Positions 10,448-22,899 of a DNA stretch of 44,333 nucleotides are shown here, piece by piece (position 1 is the first letter of the stretch; every line of letters starts with the position of its first letter). The notes beneath the pieces are model-generated. The model was not told the origin of the DNA, did not search any database, and was given only the letters and a program-made list of their open reading frames with translations. The translations under genes were made by a program, and so were the position numbers. The DNA is from Octopus bimaculoides (lineage: Eukaryota), in assembly GCF_001194135.2 (NCBI RefSeq), contig NC_068983.1, positions 12,690,829 through 12,735,161 on the forward strand, written 5' to 3'.

Positions 10448-11657
10448 AGAAACTGCATAGGATCTGTTTGGTTAGACTATATCTGCAATTCAAATAAGTT
10501 CAACGTAGATAAAACTCTATAGCCTGACATTTTACAGCCTACCGTCTTAAAATTAAGATACACTGTAAAACTAAATCACAGTTATAGAAAATAGATAATA
10601 AATAATAAATAGAATTAGAGTTACCGCTGAAATTCGTTTGATCTTATGTCCGCACTACCAAAGCTGCCTTGTATCGAAACGACTGCAGCGACAAAAACGA
10701 CGCTACCTATCTATTAACAAATGTGTAACACAGACGTCTGTATGAAATACGAGAAATAGCTTTACTTGATAAAAGAATTCTGTGATCAAACGCCTTCTAA
10801 TAAACTTTAATTAGGTATAAACTTAGGAAACGATGTTCTGAGTGTATCGATAGATTGTTTACGAGCGCCCGGAGGTGGGTATGGACATATGCAAAAAATA
10901 AAGACGAAACATTAAAAAAAAAACAGAAAAATGATCGTATTTGTCCGGTTGTCAGTGACCGATGTAAATATATTGGTATATGATTTGACATTTAAACGCA
11001 CCACTACATATATACTAAAATAGAGTCGGTAAATACGTTAATAGGCATGCAATAAAATTATCTAGAAGTAGAAATTGCCGATATCAAAGGGGAGATGTAT
11101 TTTTGCTTGCTGTCTTTTTGTTTTTTTTACCACATTTGGTGAACAATAGTTTGATAGATTCAGTAGTTACAGGTTTGCAACTAGCCAATCGCTGAATCAC
11201 TGCATTTTTTGGACGGCAAAAGCGTTAACAAGATGGTTCTAAATCGCCGCAGAACAAATATCGCAATCAGCCTTTTTAAAGTTTCGTTTTCATTGACGGT
11301 TAAATATTTGATGATGTATATAGGTGAAAGATGAATGTACTCACATATAGAAATATAATCATAGACAGGTATGTACTTACATACACGCAAACCCACATAC
11401 AGAGACACGTATATATATTTACAAAAGCATAAACATGTACGTGCGTACACACACAGAAACACAGACATATACACAAGTATGTATATTCATATATATATAT
11501 ATGTATGNNNNNNNNNNNNNNNNNNNNNNNNNNNNNNNNNNNNNNNNNNNNNNNNNNNNNNNNNNNNNNNNNNNNNNNNNNNNNNNNNNNNNNNNNNNNN
11601 NTATATATATATATATGTATATCGTTTGTTTTTTTGGTTGTATAGTATACCATACTT

Positions 11658-11811
11658 GTTCGGGCACCTACAGGTATGTGTTTTTATGAAGTGGCAACAG
11701 AATGGATTCAAGCTCAGATCTGTGAGTCGAGGGGGTGTGACACTGCTTAGAAAGGACTCAAACAAGGGGGACGCTATAGACAATTTTCGGCCCATCACTC
11801 TGCTTAATGCA
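11658..11811 (+). mobile_element. L1/Tx1-clade LINE reverse-transcriptase N-terminal fragment
   Basis: FGHLQ...WQQNG...SVSRGGVTLLRKDSNKGDAIDNFRPITLLNA contains the non-LTR RT motif (N/D)(Y/F)RPI(S/T)LLN. Confidence 0.8.
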
Positions 11812-12934
11812 CCAAGCATGCGAAGACTGACCCGAAATCAGAAGGAGCGAGCCATCGGATGTCTCTATTTTTGTCAACGTCCATGGGGCATTGCTAATGA
11901 TATGACATGCAGTATTCGGATAATTGAGTGTTTGAGGGAACGATACAATGCCACAAACTGCACGGATGACCATCTACGCAGTGACAGACCGAGGGTTACA
12001 ACGGCACGTCAAAGTCACCACCTGTTCACAGCACTTCCAGGACCGATTCCCGAGGGCAACGGAATCAGCTAGGCAGACCATAGGGACTCACCACAGACCC
12101 ACTTATGCAGAGACTTTTCGCTGCCGGCTGAGATCTTTCAATTTGTCGTGTCAACTTCCGGTTAGGGGCCCACATCTTCACAGATCGTGTTCCACGGACA
12201 CGTATGCAGTGTTCCAAAAAATACCAGAACTGGAGGTACCAGAAGTGGAGGACGAAAGTCGATACAGCATTTCTGTGGCAGATGAGAGGGCTAGGGTTTA
12301 GAGAAGAAGTGGGGAATGTCATGCTGATCGGTGTGTGGTGGTGAGAGAGACTCTTGGGGAGGACAAAGCTTCATAGAATTGCATTCAACCAGAAACTTGG
12401 ACTGGTGGTCTTCCAAAACATCGGCCAAGACCGGGGTAATGGAGTAACCGCTGCTCGCTAATTCTACCAAGTGAAGCCACACATAGTGCCATAATTTGCC
12501 CGTCATCGGAATCACGTACGTCCATTCCCATTTTGTCAAGTTAACAACAAACTTCCTCCAACGTCACGACATCGAGACGCTGTCAGGGCCTGCCCTAAGT
12601 CCGGACTCGAACCCCATTGAGCACCTGTGGGACGAAATCCAAAGAAGGCTAAATGATATCTGCAGAAGGCCGACAACTGTAGCACAATTCACTGCAAGTT
12701 TTGTCATTGTGGGCTGCTATCTCCATGGCCTTCATCAATTGTTTAGTGCATTCAATGTACAGAGGATGCCTGGCAGTATTCAAAGATAATGGTGGTCACA
12801 CAGGATATTGAATTCATCTCTTTGGATCTAGGACAATCCTTCATCACGTGACACCATGTAACGTTAAACATGTTTCAGGAAATGATTTTTTATCATTAGG
12901 AAAGCATAGTTTAACTAGCACTCTTCTGTCAGTG
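11812..12934 (+). mobile_element. Decayed Tc1-family (DD34E) transposon lacking its left TIR
   Basis: MRRLTRNQKERAIG (HTH start), RSDRPRVTT (GRPR-like), PALSPDSNPIEHLWDEI (catalytic E region); ends ...CAGTG|TA at 12930-12936. Confidence 0.85.
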
Positions 12935-12994
12935 TAGTTTGTTAAAAAACCAATTTCTATTTAGTATGTGTGCGACGTTTCTTTCGTGGTTCAG

Positions 12995-13560
12995 TTATAT
13001 ATATACATGAATATATATATATATATATATATANNNNNNNNNNNNNNNNNNNNNNNNNNNNNNNNNNNNNNNNNNNNNNNNNNNNNNNNNNNNNNNNNNN
13101 NNNNNNNNNNNNNNNNNNNNNNNNNNNNNNNNNNNNNNNNNNNNNNNNNNNNNNNNNNNNNNNNNNNNNNNNNNNNNNNNNNNNNNNNNNNNNNNNNNNN
13201 NNNNNNNNNNNNNNNNNNNNNNNNNNNNNNNNNNNNNNNNNNNNNNNNNNNNNNNNNNNNNNNNNNNNNNNNNNNNNNNNNNNNNNNNNNNNNNNNNNNN
13301 NNNNNNNNNNNNNNNNNNNNNNNNNNNNNNNNNNNNNNNNNNNNNNNNNNNNNNNNNNNNNNNNNNNNNNNNNNNNNNNNNNNNNNNNNNNNNNNNNNNN
13401 NNNNNNNNNNNNNNNNNNNNNNNNNNNNNNNNNNNNNNNNNNNNNNNNNNNNNNNNNNNNNNNNNNNNNNNNNNNNNNNNNNNNNNNNNNNNNNNNNNNN
13501 NNNNNNNNNNNNNNNNNNNNNNTATATATATGAATGTATGTACGTATGCATGTGCGTGTG
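12995..13560. repeat. (TA)n microsatellite flanking N-gap 13034-13522
   Basis: Direct observation. Confidence 0.95.
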
Positions 13561-13659
13561 TAGGGATAAACCCTTCAAGATTGTACTCCCAGTGTGGCCG
13601 AAGATCAATGGCTGAAATAAGTAAAATACAAAATGATAAAACTAAAATGAACAAGCATA

Positions 13660-13830
13660 TGACAGGCTTCTGTACAGTCTCCGTCCTCCCATATTTCATT
13701 CAAAGTATATTCTGTAAAAACCGGCTACAGTAAATGACACTCGCATGCGGTGTCACGTAGTAAGATCGTATCCACGACTGCGGATTCGCAAGCGAACTTT
13801 CTAATCATACAACCATCATGCAGTGCATGT
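13660..13830 (-). mobile_element. Degenerate SINE family 2 head; a plus-strand tail piece lies at ~13575-13640
   Basis: Reverse complement has gatggttgtatgattag...gtgtcatttactgtagcc...gacggagactgtacagaagcc, colinear with the family-2 copies. Confidence 0.55.
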
Positions 13831-14254
13831 ATTGATGGATTGTATACATCGATTTCAAATAGATATTCGAGGTAATGAAAGAAAAAAAGAGGTCATGGAT
13901 AAGAATAAATGCTAAATTTATTGTTAAACATGGGAATCAATTCTTCAACCTTATTGTTAGCTAGTCAGAAAAAGACGTTAGTTGTGGCAAGAAAGTGTGA
14001 AATGGGAATAAATGATATATGCCAATCGAAGCAAGAGGCGAATGCTAAGTAAGCAGAAAGATTCCATTTAAATATAACTATCTAGAAAGGCATTAACATA
14101 AACATAGACATGAGCTATCTGGAGATGTTAATATCCACAGGAAATTACTTTCTGCTTGAAATCTCTGTTTGAAGTCAGAGAGAAAATTTTACTTCAATTT
14201 ACTTTCGGCTTTTATGAATTGCAGGGTGCAAGTCATTATACTATGATAGTAAAT

Positions 14255-14430
14255 GCGTGCGGTCATGGCTGTCTGGTTAAGAAGTTTGATTTGCAATCAC
14301 GTACATCCGGGCTTGCCCACCGCCACACTGCACTACGCATTGGGAGAAGTATATCTTATAGCGTTCTTCATTTGACAAAAGCCTTGTGAATGATATCGAG
14401 TCGACGAAAGTGTTAGGAAGTTTATTGAGT
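14255..14430 (+). mobile_element. Degenerate SINE family 2
   Basis: catggctgtctggttaagaagttt...aaagccttgtgaatga...gacgaaag. Confidence 0.55.
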
Positions 14431-15551
14431 ATTTGAGTCAGATTTAATACAACGTTGGTTTAATACTAGCAGCTATCCAATGGATACCTTTAGCAGAATC
14501 TCTTCTCGTGTTAGCATTCGGAAGAATACTCCTGTCTGAAGAGATCTTGATGCACCTTTTCAAATTCAGGCAGCACATCAGTGGTAGTGTATTCTGTGCT
14601 TCCTATAATAAAGTCTGCTGCTTCTTCTAAAAGAGTTCATGAGTGAAATGGTTTTAATTCTATGATAAATTAATAAAAATTACCTAATAATGAAAGCAAA
14701 AATTTTAGTACAAAATACTTATACTGACGCACACAGGAACAGCATATGTGTGTGTGTTTGTGTGTGCATGTTTGAATCTGTATGTATGTGTGCTTGTGTG
14801 TGTTAAGCTCTATTAAGCAAATACCGGTCAGAATATATCGTGAAGGGTACCGAACATGTGATTATTGGTTATGAAGGAGCTAAGAGAATTAACTCTGAAT
14901 GTTCTGAATGGCTGAAGGAAAGAAACACTTTAAATGAATTGTAATTTATCTTTAATTGGAGAAACATTAAAACACAACTAACGTTAATTGTTAACTATTC
15001 CAAACAAAAAATAAATAGAAAATTCATTTTTAATTGCACATACACACATGCATGCATGCACACGTACACACACGTACACACACGTACACACACACGCATG
15101 CACACAAATAAAAAAACGAAGTTGCATGTATTGTGTCGGAACCTGATTTTTGCTTGCCAGTTAGGTGAAATTTACGAATGTTTTCTCCACAAGTATACCG
15201 TAGCAGTGGCCCAGAGTCTGCCCGAGTATAGTTTGATTGCTTGGCATTAGATTTTAGATGAAAAAATCAGTGACGCCAAATTTTGACTAAAGTAATATTC
15301 ATAAGAAAAATGGAGAAAGGAAAGATGTATGCCTTTAAATAATTCACGTACAATTGATTTCAAATAAATATAAGATATAAAAATGAAAATAAAAGTTTAA
15401 GATAACCAGAAGCAATAGCATATCGTCTAATACAGATAAAGTTTTCAGAAAGTATAGAGATTGAAAGCAAAATATGAATTAATATTTATAGTGAGGATCT
15501 ATGAAAGAAACAATAGCGAAATATAAGAAGAGAATTTTTAAAAGTATATTG

Positions 15552-15737
15552 GTGGATGCATGGCTGCGATGAAGAAGTTCGCTTCCCAACCACACGGGCG
15601 TGGTTCTAGTGCCAATCTCCGGTACTTTGGGCAAAATGTCTTGTATAGCCCGGAGCGACCAATGGCTTGTGAGTGAATTTGGTTGTCCGGAATTATGTGG
15701 ATGCCTATCGCATGTTTGCAATATATGTATATATACG

Positions 15738-15770
<33 letters not shown>
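15552..15770 (+). mobile_element. Degenerate SINE family 2 running into (TA)n and gap 15771-16032
   Basis: gcatggctgcgatgaagaagttcgcttcccaacc...ggtactttgggcaaaatgtctt...ggcttgtgagtgaatttgg. Confidence 0.65.
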
Positions 15771-16268
15771 NNNNNNNNNNNNNNNNNNNNNNNNNNNNNN
15801 NNNNNNNNNNNNNNNNNNNNNNNNNNNNNNNNNNNNNNNNNNNNNNNNNNNNNNNNNNNNNNNNNNNNNNNNNNNNNNNNNNNNNNNNNNNNNNNNNNNN
15901 NNNNNNNNNNNNNNNNNNNNNNNNNNNNNNNNNNNNNNNNNNNNNNNNNNNNNNNNNNNNNNNNNNNNNNNNNNNNNNNNNNNNNNNNNNNNNNNNNNNN
16001 NNNNNNNNNNNNNNNNNNNNNNNNNNNNNNNNTTATATACATGCACATATGGGTAGTGGACGTGACCGATGGTGCAACTAACATGACATACGTAAACAAA
16101 CGAGTTAAGTATGTAAATGACGAGGGGAAAAAATGGAAAACAGGACATATAAACACAGAGAAATGATCCGTCATCATATATCGGCTGTGTAACTACTCCT
16201 CATTTCGAGCATTCATTGTTTTCAATTTTTTCTCTCGTTGTTTACGTATTTAACTGTGTACATGTAAC

Positions 16269-16328
<60 letters not shown>

Positions 16329-17394
16329 TACATATAATTGTTCTCAGTTGTTGTCCTAAAATTTCAGTCCTCTAAAAAAACAATTGACACCTCCTCCCAC
16401 CCAACGCACACCCACATGAATATTCCGGATGTTTTAAAACTCGCTCGCTCGGTTATGCGTGCGTAGGTGATTTACAACCAGTACATTAATTGAAGATTAA
16501 AAGATCTCGTCACATACTAGAAATAACAGCCAAATCTTTTATTAAAAAAAGAAGAATTATACTGAAACAATTATTCGCGGTCGTGAATAAACATTTGTTT
16601 TAAAAGCATCCAATTTTTAAATGCACATAAATATATTCCATGGAAAATAAAGAGAATGAAATAAAGAGGAATAAAATAACAGAACAGACCATTTTGACTA
16701 GACTATATAATGACTGATAAATAATGTATGGTCACTACTGGAGCCCCATTGATCTCAGGTGTGACTGGTCACGTCTGACGTGAAGTTAATGTCAACATCA
16801 AAAACGCATAGAATTAGAGTTAGATGGAAATAGTGCCAATGATTAAACAATGTGATTAGGACTGTGGAAACAGCTGTAACTTCCGCCTACTCATGCGTAA
16901 ATGAGCGAACAAGTTTGAAAGCATCCGGAATTTTGGAGTGGATGTGCGCTGAGGGAGGGGTGGTGCCAGTGTATCTTTTTTTCTTTTGTAAATTGAAATT
17001 TTAGAACAAAACACTTCGAGAAAAAATGGGGTGGGAAGTGGGAAATTTACATTTTGAAATGTTGATTTTTTGTCAGAATTGGAATCTCCGTTACAAAAAG
17101 ACGTCGGGTTAGAGCTTATTGTATATTTCCACCAAAAATATAACTGAGGGCGTTTTTTTTCCTTACGTACTTTAATTTAGTGGGACTTCTCCGGACCCGG
17201 AACAACATTATTATCAAATTAAATCGATAACGGCATTGCGGTGTGGGGACTCCATGTTCTGATAGGGTCATAAGCACATAGTCATGACATCCGTTTTTTC
17301 TGGGTCATTTGAATTCTGGTGGGAGTCTTTACACTCAAGGCCGAAACACACAAAGGAAGTTCGTGTGTATGTTTTTCTGAGAGAATGAGAAAGA

Positions 17395-17445
17395 GATAGA
17401 AAAGAGATAAAGAGATAAAGAAAGAGACAGAAAGAAAGAGAAAGT

Positions 17446-17526
<81 letters not shown>

Positions 17527-17580
17527 CGAGAGAGAGAGAGAGCGAGAGAGAGAGAGAGAGCGAGAGAGAGAGAGAGCGAG
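17395..17580. repeat. (GA)n microsatellite with GAGC interruptions
   Basis: Direct observation. Confidence 0.95.
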
Positions 17581-17608
17581 AAGAATCAACTCTGGCACTT
17601 GTTTAGTA

Positions 17609-17945
17609 TAGGGTGAGGTAAGGAGGACGGACGTTTTTGAAAAATTGACAAAATTATTAATTTTAGCTGCGAATTTTATTGACATCAATGTGTTTGTATT
17701 AGAATTTGTCAAAATCAAGTGTGGAAAACAACATCCATCGTGTGATGTCCGTTTTCATTGATACATTTCTGAAGGCGTTCTTGGAAGCTGGCACCGACTC
17801 TCATAGTTCCATGGTTTCAACTGTTGCCCAATTTGTACGCGTGGAAATGCAGGTCGTCATGCAAAATATACCTTACCCATCGATTAGTGACGTCAATCGA
17901 TTAGCCATTAGTCATCGATTAGATGCAATTAGTGAAGTACGTTAA
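17609..17945 (-). mobile_element. Internally deleted Tc1/mariner-superfamily element, rosa/DD41D-like
   Basis: TA|TAGGGTGAGGTAAG end (CAGGGTG-type TIR). The minus strand encodes VRYILHDDLHFHAYKL joined to FQERLQKCINENGHHTMDVVFHT*, typical N- and C-terminal pieces of these transposases. Confidence 0.6.
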
Positions 17946-17984
17946 TTTTTCTTTCTTTGTTTTAAATCTTTTAATCAGGAGGGA

Positions 17985-18618
17985 AGACCGAGACCATGAG
18001 ATTTACAGGGTCTCAGAGAATTTTCGGTATTCTGAAACCGGAACCTTGCCTCGAATGCTTACAACATTGTAGACTCCGTTAAAGTGTCTCAAAGTATAAG
18101 GTTGAAGATCTAAATTAGGCGACGTTTAAGTATTTAGAATAATTTCTTCCTAAAAGTTTCAGAAGTTCTGTAAATTGGTTTAGGCTTAAACTTCCTGAAT
18201 AAAAGTGAAATTAAATCCCTAGTTAAATTCACTACTCAAATGGCATCTAATGATGTGAATATCTGTGTGATATTATCTGTGTGCTACAAAAGCCCCAACA
18301 CTCCGCTTCCTATATTTCATGTAGTCCCTAAGGTTTAACAGGCATAGCTTCTTCTAGTTACCTTTTAAGTATTTGATATCGCACAGTCCTGTTACTGGCT
18401 TACTATACATTTCTGCACGCTCCCCATGTATCTGTCCACGCACAGACGCAAGCACACATGAATTTTTTTTTTTTTAAATGTGCGGATGGTCAAATGAGAT
18501 TATTTTACTCATTTATTCTTCTCACACACGCTACAATGTTGTAAGCATTCGAGGCAAGGTTCCCGTTTCAGAATACCGAAAAGTCTCTGAGACCCTGTAA
18601 ATCTCATGGTCTCGGTCT
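17985..18618. repeat. Inverted repeat pair A/A' (88 bp; 17985-18072 and 18531-18618)
   Basis: Manual alignment: 86 of 88 positions complementary. Confidence 0.95.
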
Positions 18619-19078
18619 CGGAATAAATACTGAAAGAATAGCTGAAAAAAAACATCAACAAATATCGGAGAGACATCTGGTGCATAAAACAATTAGTAAC
18701 TTCTTTAAGATTATATTCTAAGTATGTTGCATACTTAAAATTACTAGGTGAACTGAGTGAAACAATTCCGGCATCGTTATTATTTAGCGGTCAAATAATA
18801 TAACTTTCTCCTATATAGTTTGTATAAGAGGCTCTGCATTATGGTTCTTTTTGAAACAAAGTATTTCTGAATTTTTAAGAGCGTGTGTGAGAAGAATAAA
18901 TGAGTAAAATAATCTCATTTGACCATCCGCACATTTAAAAAAAAAAAAATTCAAGTGGGCTTGCGTCTGTGCGTGGACAGATACATGGGGAGCGTGCAGA
19001 AATGTATAGTAAGCCAGTAACAGGACTGTGCGATATCAAATACTTAAAAGGTAACTAGAAGAAGCTATGCCTGTTAAA
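18334..19078. repeat. Inverted repeat pair B/B' (199 bp; 18334-18532 and 18880-19078)
   Basis: Manual alignment: near-perfect, about 2 mismatches seen, including a matching T13/A13 run. Confidence 0.95.
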
Positions 19079-19778
19079 AATGTTCAGGTACGCTTTACGA
19101 ATATTTCAGAATTCACTTCAAGCTTATTCGTGTTCTCTATGCACACAAATGAATTTGATAGACGCCTTCAATATGATACGATGGACAGAAGTCTGATAAT
19201 ATGCACGGTGGAGTGAGTGTTTATTTCATAGAATTTGAACGAATCCTGAACAGGCAACGAAATATTCCTTCTCAAATAATGAATTTTATCTATCTACTAA
19301 TGGTATCTATTTACTAATGCCATCTAATGTTTTCAATATCTGCCCCACATTATCTGTGTGCTGCAAAAGCCCTAGCACTCCACTTTCTATATTTCATGTA
19401 GTCCATGCAGTTTCAACTCAGAGTACAAGCAACCGTATTAAATGCTGGAAGGCATCCGGCCTGACGTTCTTACGTTTCCATTAATCCACTACTGTGCTTT
19501 TATCTGCTACGTGGAGATGAAAAAAAAAAATCAAAGTTACTTATGGTGGTATTGAAAGTTAGGTCGCACAAAGTCAGAAAGAAAAAAACTGATGCAAAAC
19601 ATTCGATACGGCGCTACGGAGCGTCTGCCACCTATATTAATTCACGTCTTTGTTACTGTAGCACGTTAGACTGACGTGAGTAGCTGTAAGTTTTCTTGGA
19701 TGAATGTGTGGGTGAAACTAAATCTTAGACGATAGCTTCAGAAGAATAGCTGAAAAAACAAGAAACACCAATCAATCA

Positions 19779-19816
<38 letters not shown>

Positions 19817-20485
19817 NNNNNNNNNNNNNNNNNNNNNNNNNNNNNNNNNNNNNNNNNNNNNNNNNNNNNNNNNNNNNNNNNNNNNNNNNNNNNNNNNNNN
19901 NNNNNNNNNNNNNNNNATTGATAATAAAAATAACATTAACAATAATAACAGAAAAAAAGTAGAGAATAGCATGGTCGAAAGAAAAGGTGAGAAAGTGAGA
20001 TAGAGAGAGAGAGAGAGAAAGAGAAAGAGAGGGGGTGAGTTACCATGAGAAGATAAGGAGCAGCTCTTCTTGCTAGACGCAAAGAAAAAATGTCAAGAAA
20101 AAATGGTGAACATGAACTAGAAAAACAAAAACACATACATGAGATAGTGTTTGTTTCGCTACTAATTCTATTTTGTATTGTTATGTAGTTTTTTTTTTTT
20201 TTTTGCTTCTTTAATTTAAGTATTTATTTCATTTTGCTTTTCCTTCTCCTCATTTTTGAATTCTTGCAGCAGTTTTTGTTGAATGAAAAGAAAATAATCT
20301 CTCCAGACTAGATTATATATATGAATANNNNNNNNNNNNNNNNNNNNNNNNNNNNNNNNNNNNNNNNNNNNNNNNNNNNNNNNNNNNNNNNNNNNNNNNN
20401 NNNNNNNNNNNNNNNNNNNNNNNNNNNNNNNNNNNNNNNNNNNNNNNNNNNNNNNNNNNNNNNNNNNNNNNNNNNNNNNNNTATA

Positions 20486-20517
<32 letters not shown>

Positions 20518-22899
20518 CTTTTGCGTGTGTATACATGATACACACACATATATATGGATACACTCACATGTATATAATACATACGTATATATGCATATGC
20601 GCTTGTGCATATGCGTGTATGATTGTATGTGTCTGTAGGGTGTACATACATCTACTTACGTGCCTCAGCCCCTGTGTATATGTTTGTATGTCGGTGTGTT
20701 TCATGTGTTTTCCATTAGTACTTTGTATGCATGTTGTTATATTTATTTGAACTAGTGTATGTGTGTTTCATCAGATATCTTTATATGTATGTGTTGGCAT
20801 GTGTTTTTTTTTGTGTATCACTTGTTATACTCTCTTCTGTTATATTTGAAACCTAACCAAACCAACTTTTGATGGGAGATATATAATTTGTGAGTGTACA
20901 AAAACCAGGTAACATAAGGCGTTTTGAATTTATTCTTTCTTTCTATGTCTTTTTAATCTTTTCAAAGGTCAGAGCGAAAGACAAAAATACAGCAATAAAA
21001 ATAAACTCATAGATAAATGAAAATATAACAGATTGGAAAATACCATTATCACAATTAATTGTTGTTGCTGCCAGAACTGAACTTAAACATATCACTAACA
21101 TTTCGAAGAAAGATGACATCGATCAAAATTTTCTTCATGTCTTATCCTTTCTCTGATGAAGGTTTTCACGATAGACTTTTATGAGATGTATTTCGCTAGG
21201 ATTAATTTTACAGATATATGACCAACTCTACCATTATTTTCATAACTGGGTGATCATACCATAAACATGCGAAGACCACGACGTGAAGTGGTGCGAATAG
21301 AAGCCTTGAATATCACTCTGATATTTCAGCAATGACTTTCCAATTACAATTACATGTGGGTGAAAGAGAAAGTAAGAAAAACACAGATAGACAGAGAGTG
21401 ACAGAATGTGAAAAACAGTGAGAGAAAGAGACATAAAGACAGACAGAGTGAAGGAGGGGAGAGAGGGTAAGCGGGTTACACTTATTTGGATGCTGGCCAA
21501 CCAGACTAAGGTTTGCCAGCTTTTGCCAGTTCTGGTACCGGTGCTGCATTCACAACCATTCAAAATCCTTTTGATGTCAATTATGTAATGCAAATAATAA
21601 CAAGGTACTATAATCAGACACTTCAAATCATGAGTCGATATTAAAGCTACACAAAACAAAATTCTTATTCTTCAGTAGTGATCTCTCTACATATTTAATA
21701 AACAAACAACCAGCTTACCCTGGTATAGAAGCGTTTTTAAAAAATATTTTGATGAGAGAGGGTTTTTGTTTTTGTAGTTTGGTCCAGGTTTAACCCCTAG
21801 TAAACAACTACGTCACCTGCACTCTCTCAACTTTGGCTTCGTAGTCTTTTTTCATGCAGCGTATCTAGAGATATATTACCGTAGTGTAATGGTTTAAGAC
21901 AGTAGGATGAGATATTAAGGAGACCTGACTATAATTTCTGCCAGGTTAAATTGAGCCGTAAAGGCAACTCATTTGGTTCAGGTGAGAAAACAGTTTTGAT
22001 GTTTAATTGCCTTTGTCAAGGACATTTGTCACGCAGTAGAAGTAAATTTGTGTTTCTACATTAATATGAAACTAGTTTCCATATTCTGTTTGAAGAGATT
22101 TCAACGCTACTCAGTAATTCAAAACACGCTGTTTAACTATTAATTGCCTTAATGACATAACTTATTCGTCATATTCATAGTCAAAGACTGCATAATCAGT
22201 ATTGTAATTTCTGACCTGATTTCCTAAATAAAGTATTTGATGTCACAGAAGTTTGCTGATTCAATTTGTTAGCTAACAATATAATACCTCTCCGAATAAT
22301 CTTTTAAAAATGTATGTAATACTAACTTAAGAAGCCATTAAAGCTGCAACTCTCTGACCACATTCCTTCAATGACAATGATGAAGGGAATCGCGTCCCAA
22401 TACGTTCTTTCAGTGCTAAATACAAGTTTCAATTATATTAAGATATGCTGAATGCAAGCCCAAATTTATGTACCTGACAACTGTCTCATGCTAGCCTTTA
22501 AACATATTTTAGCGTTATGTATCGGGATATAACCATCCTGGGAGTTTCTTACCATTGCATCTCATCCATTACTTTTTAGTATCACGAAAAGTTAAAGAGT
22601 CTCTGAATGTGATTCTACAAGGCAGTTTTACTATAGGACTGAGTGAATAATAATACGTTGCTGTTCCATCAAAATCCCATTGATATTTCCTACGTTAGGA
22701 AGTGACAATGATGTTCACATGAAAGATCTTTTAGAAAAAAAAAAGTAACCGGAAAACTAACCCGAGCAACGTGTCCACGAATTCAGTGCTGTGCATGAGG
22801 GGGGGGGGGACTTTCACTCTCTTTGTAAAAACAATCACATCATTTCAAGTTAGTTTGTTATTAATGAACTCTAACTAGAGTGAACGTACGCTTAATGTA

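Noticed and set aside
15057-15092. 10-bp CACACGTACA triplication
   Set aside because: Ordinary slippage within a (CA)-rich tract.
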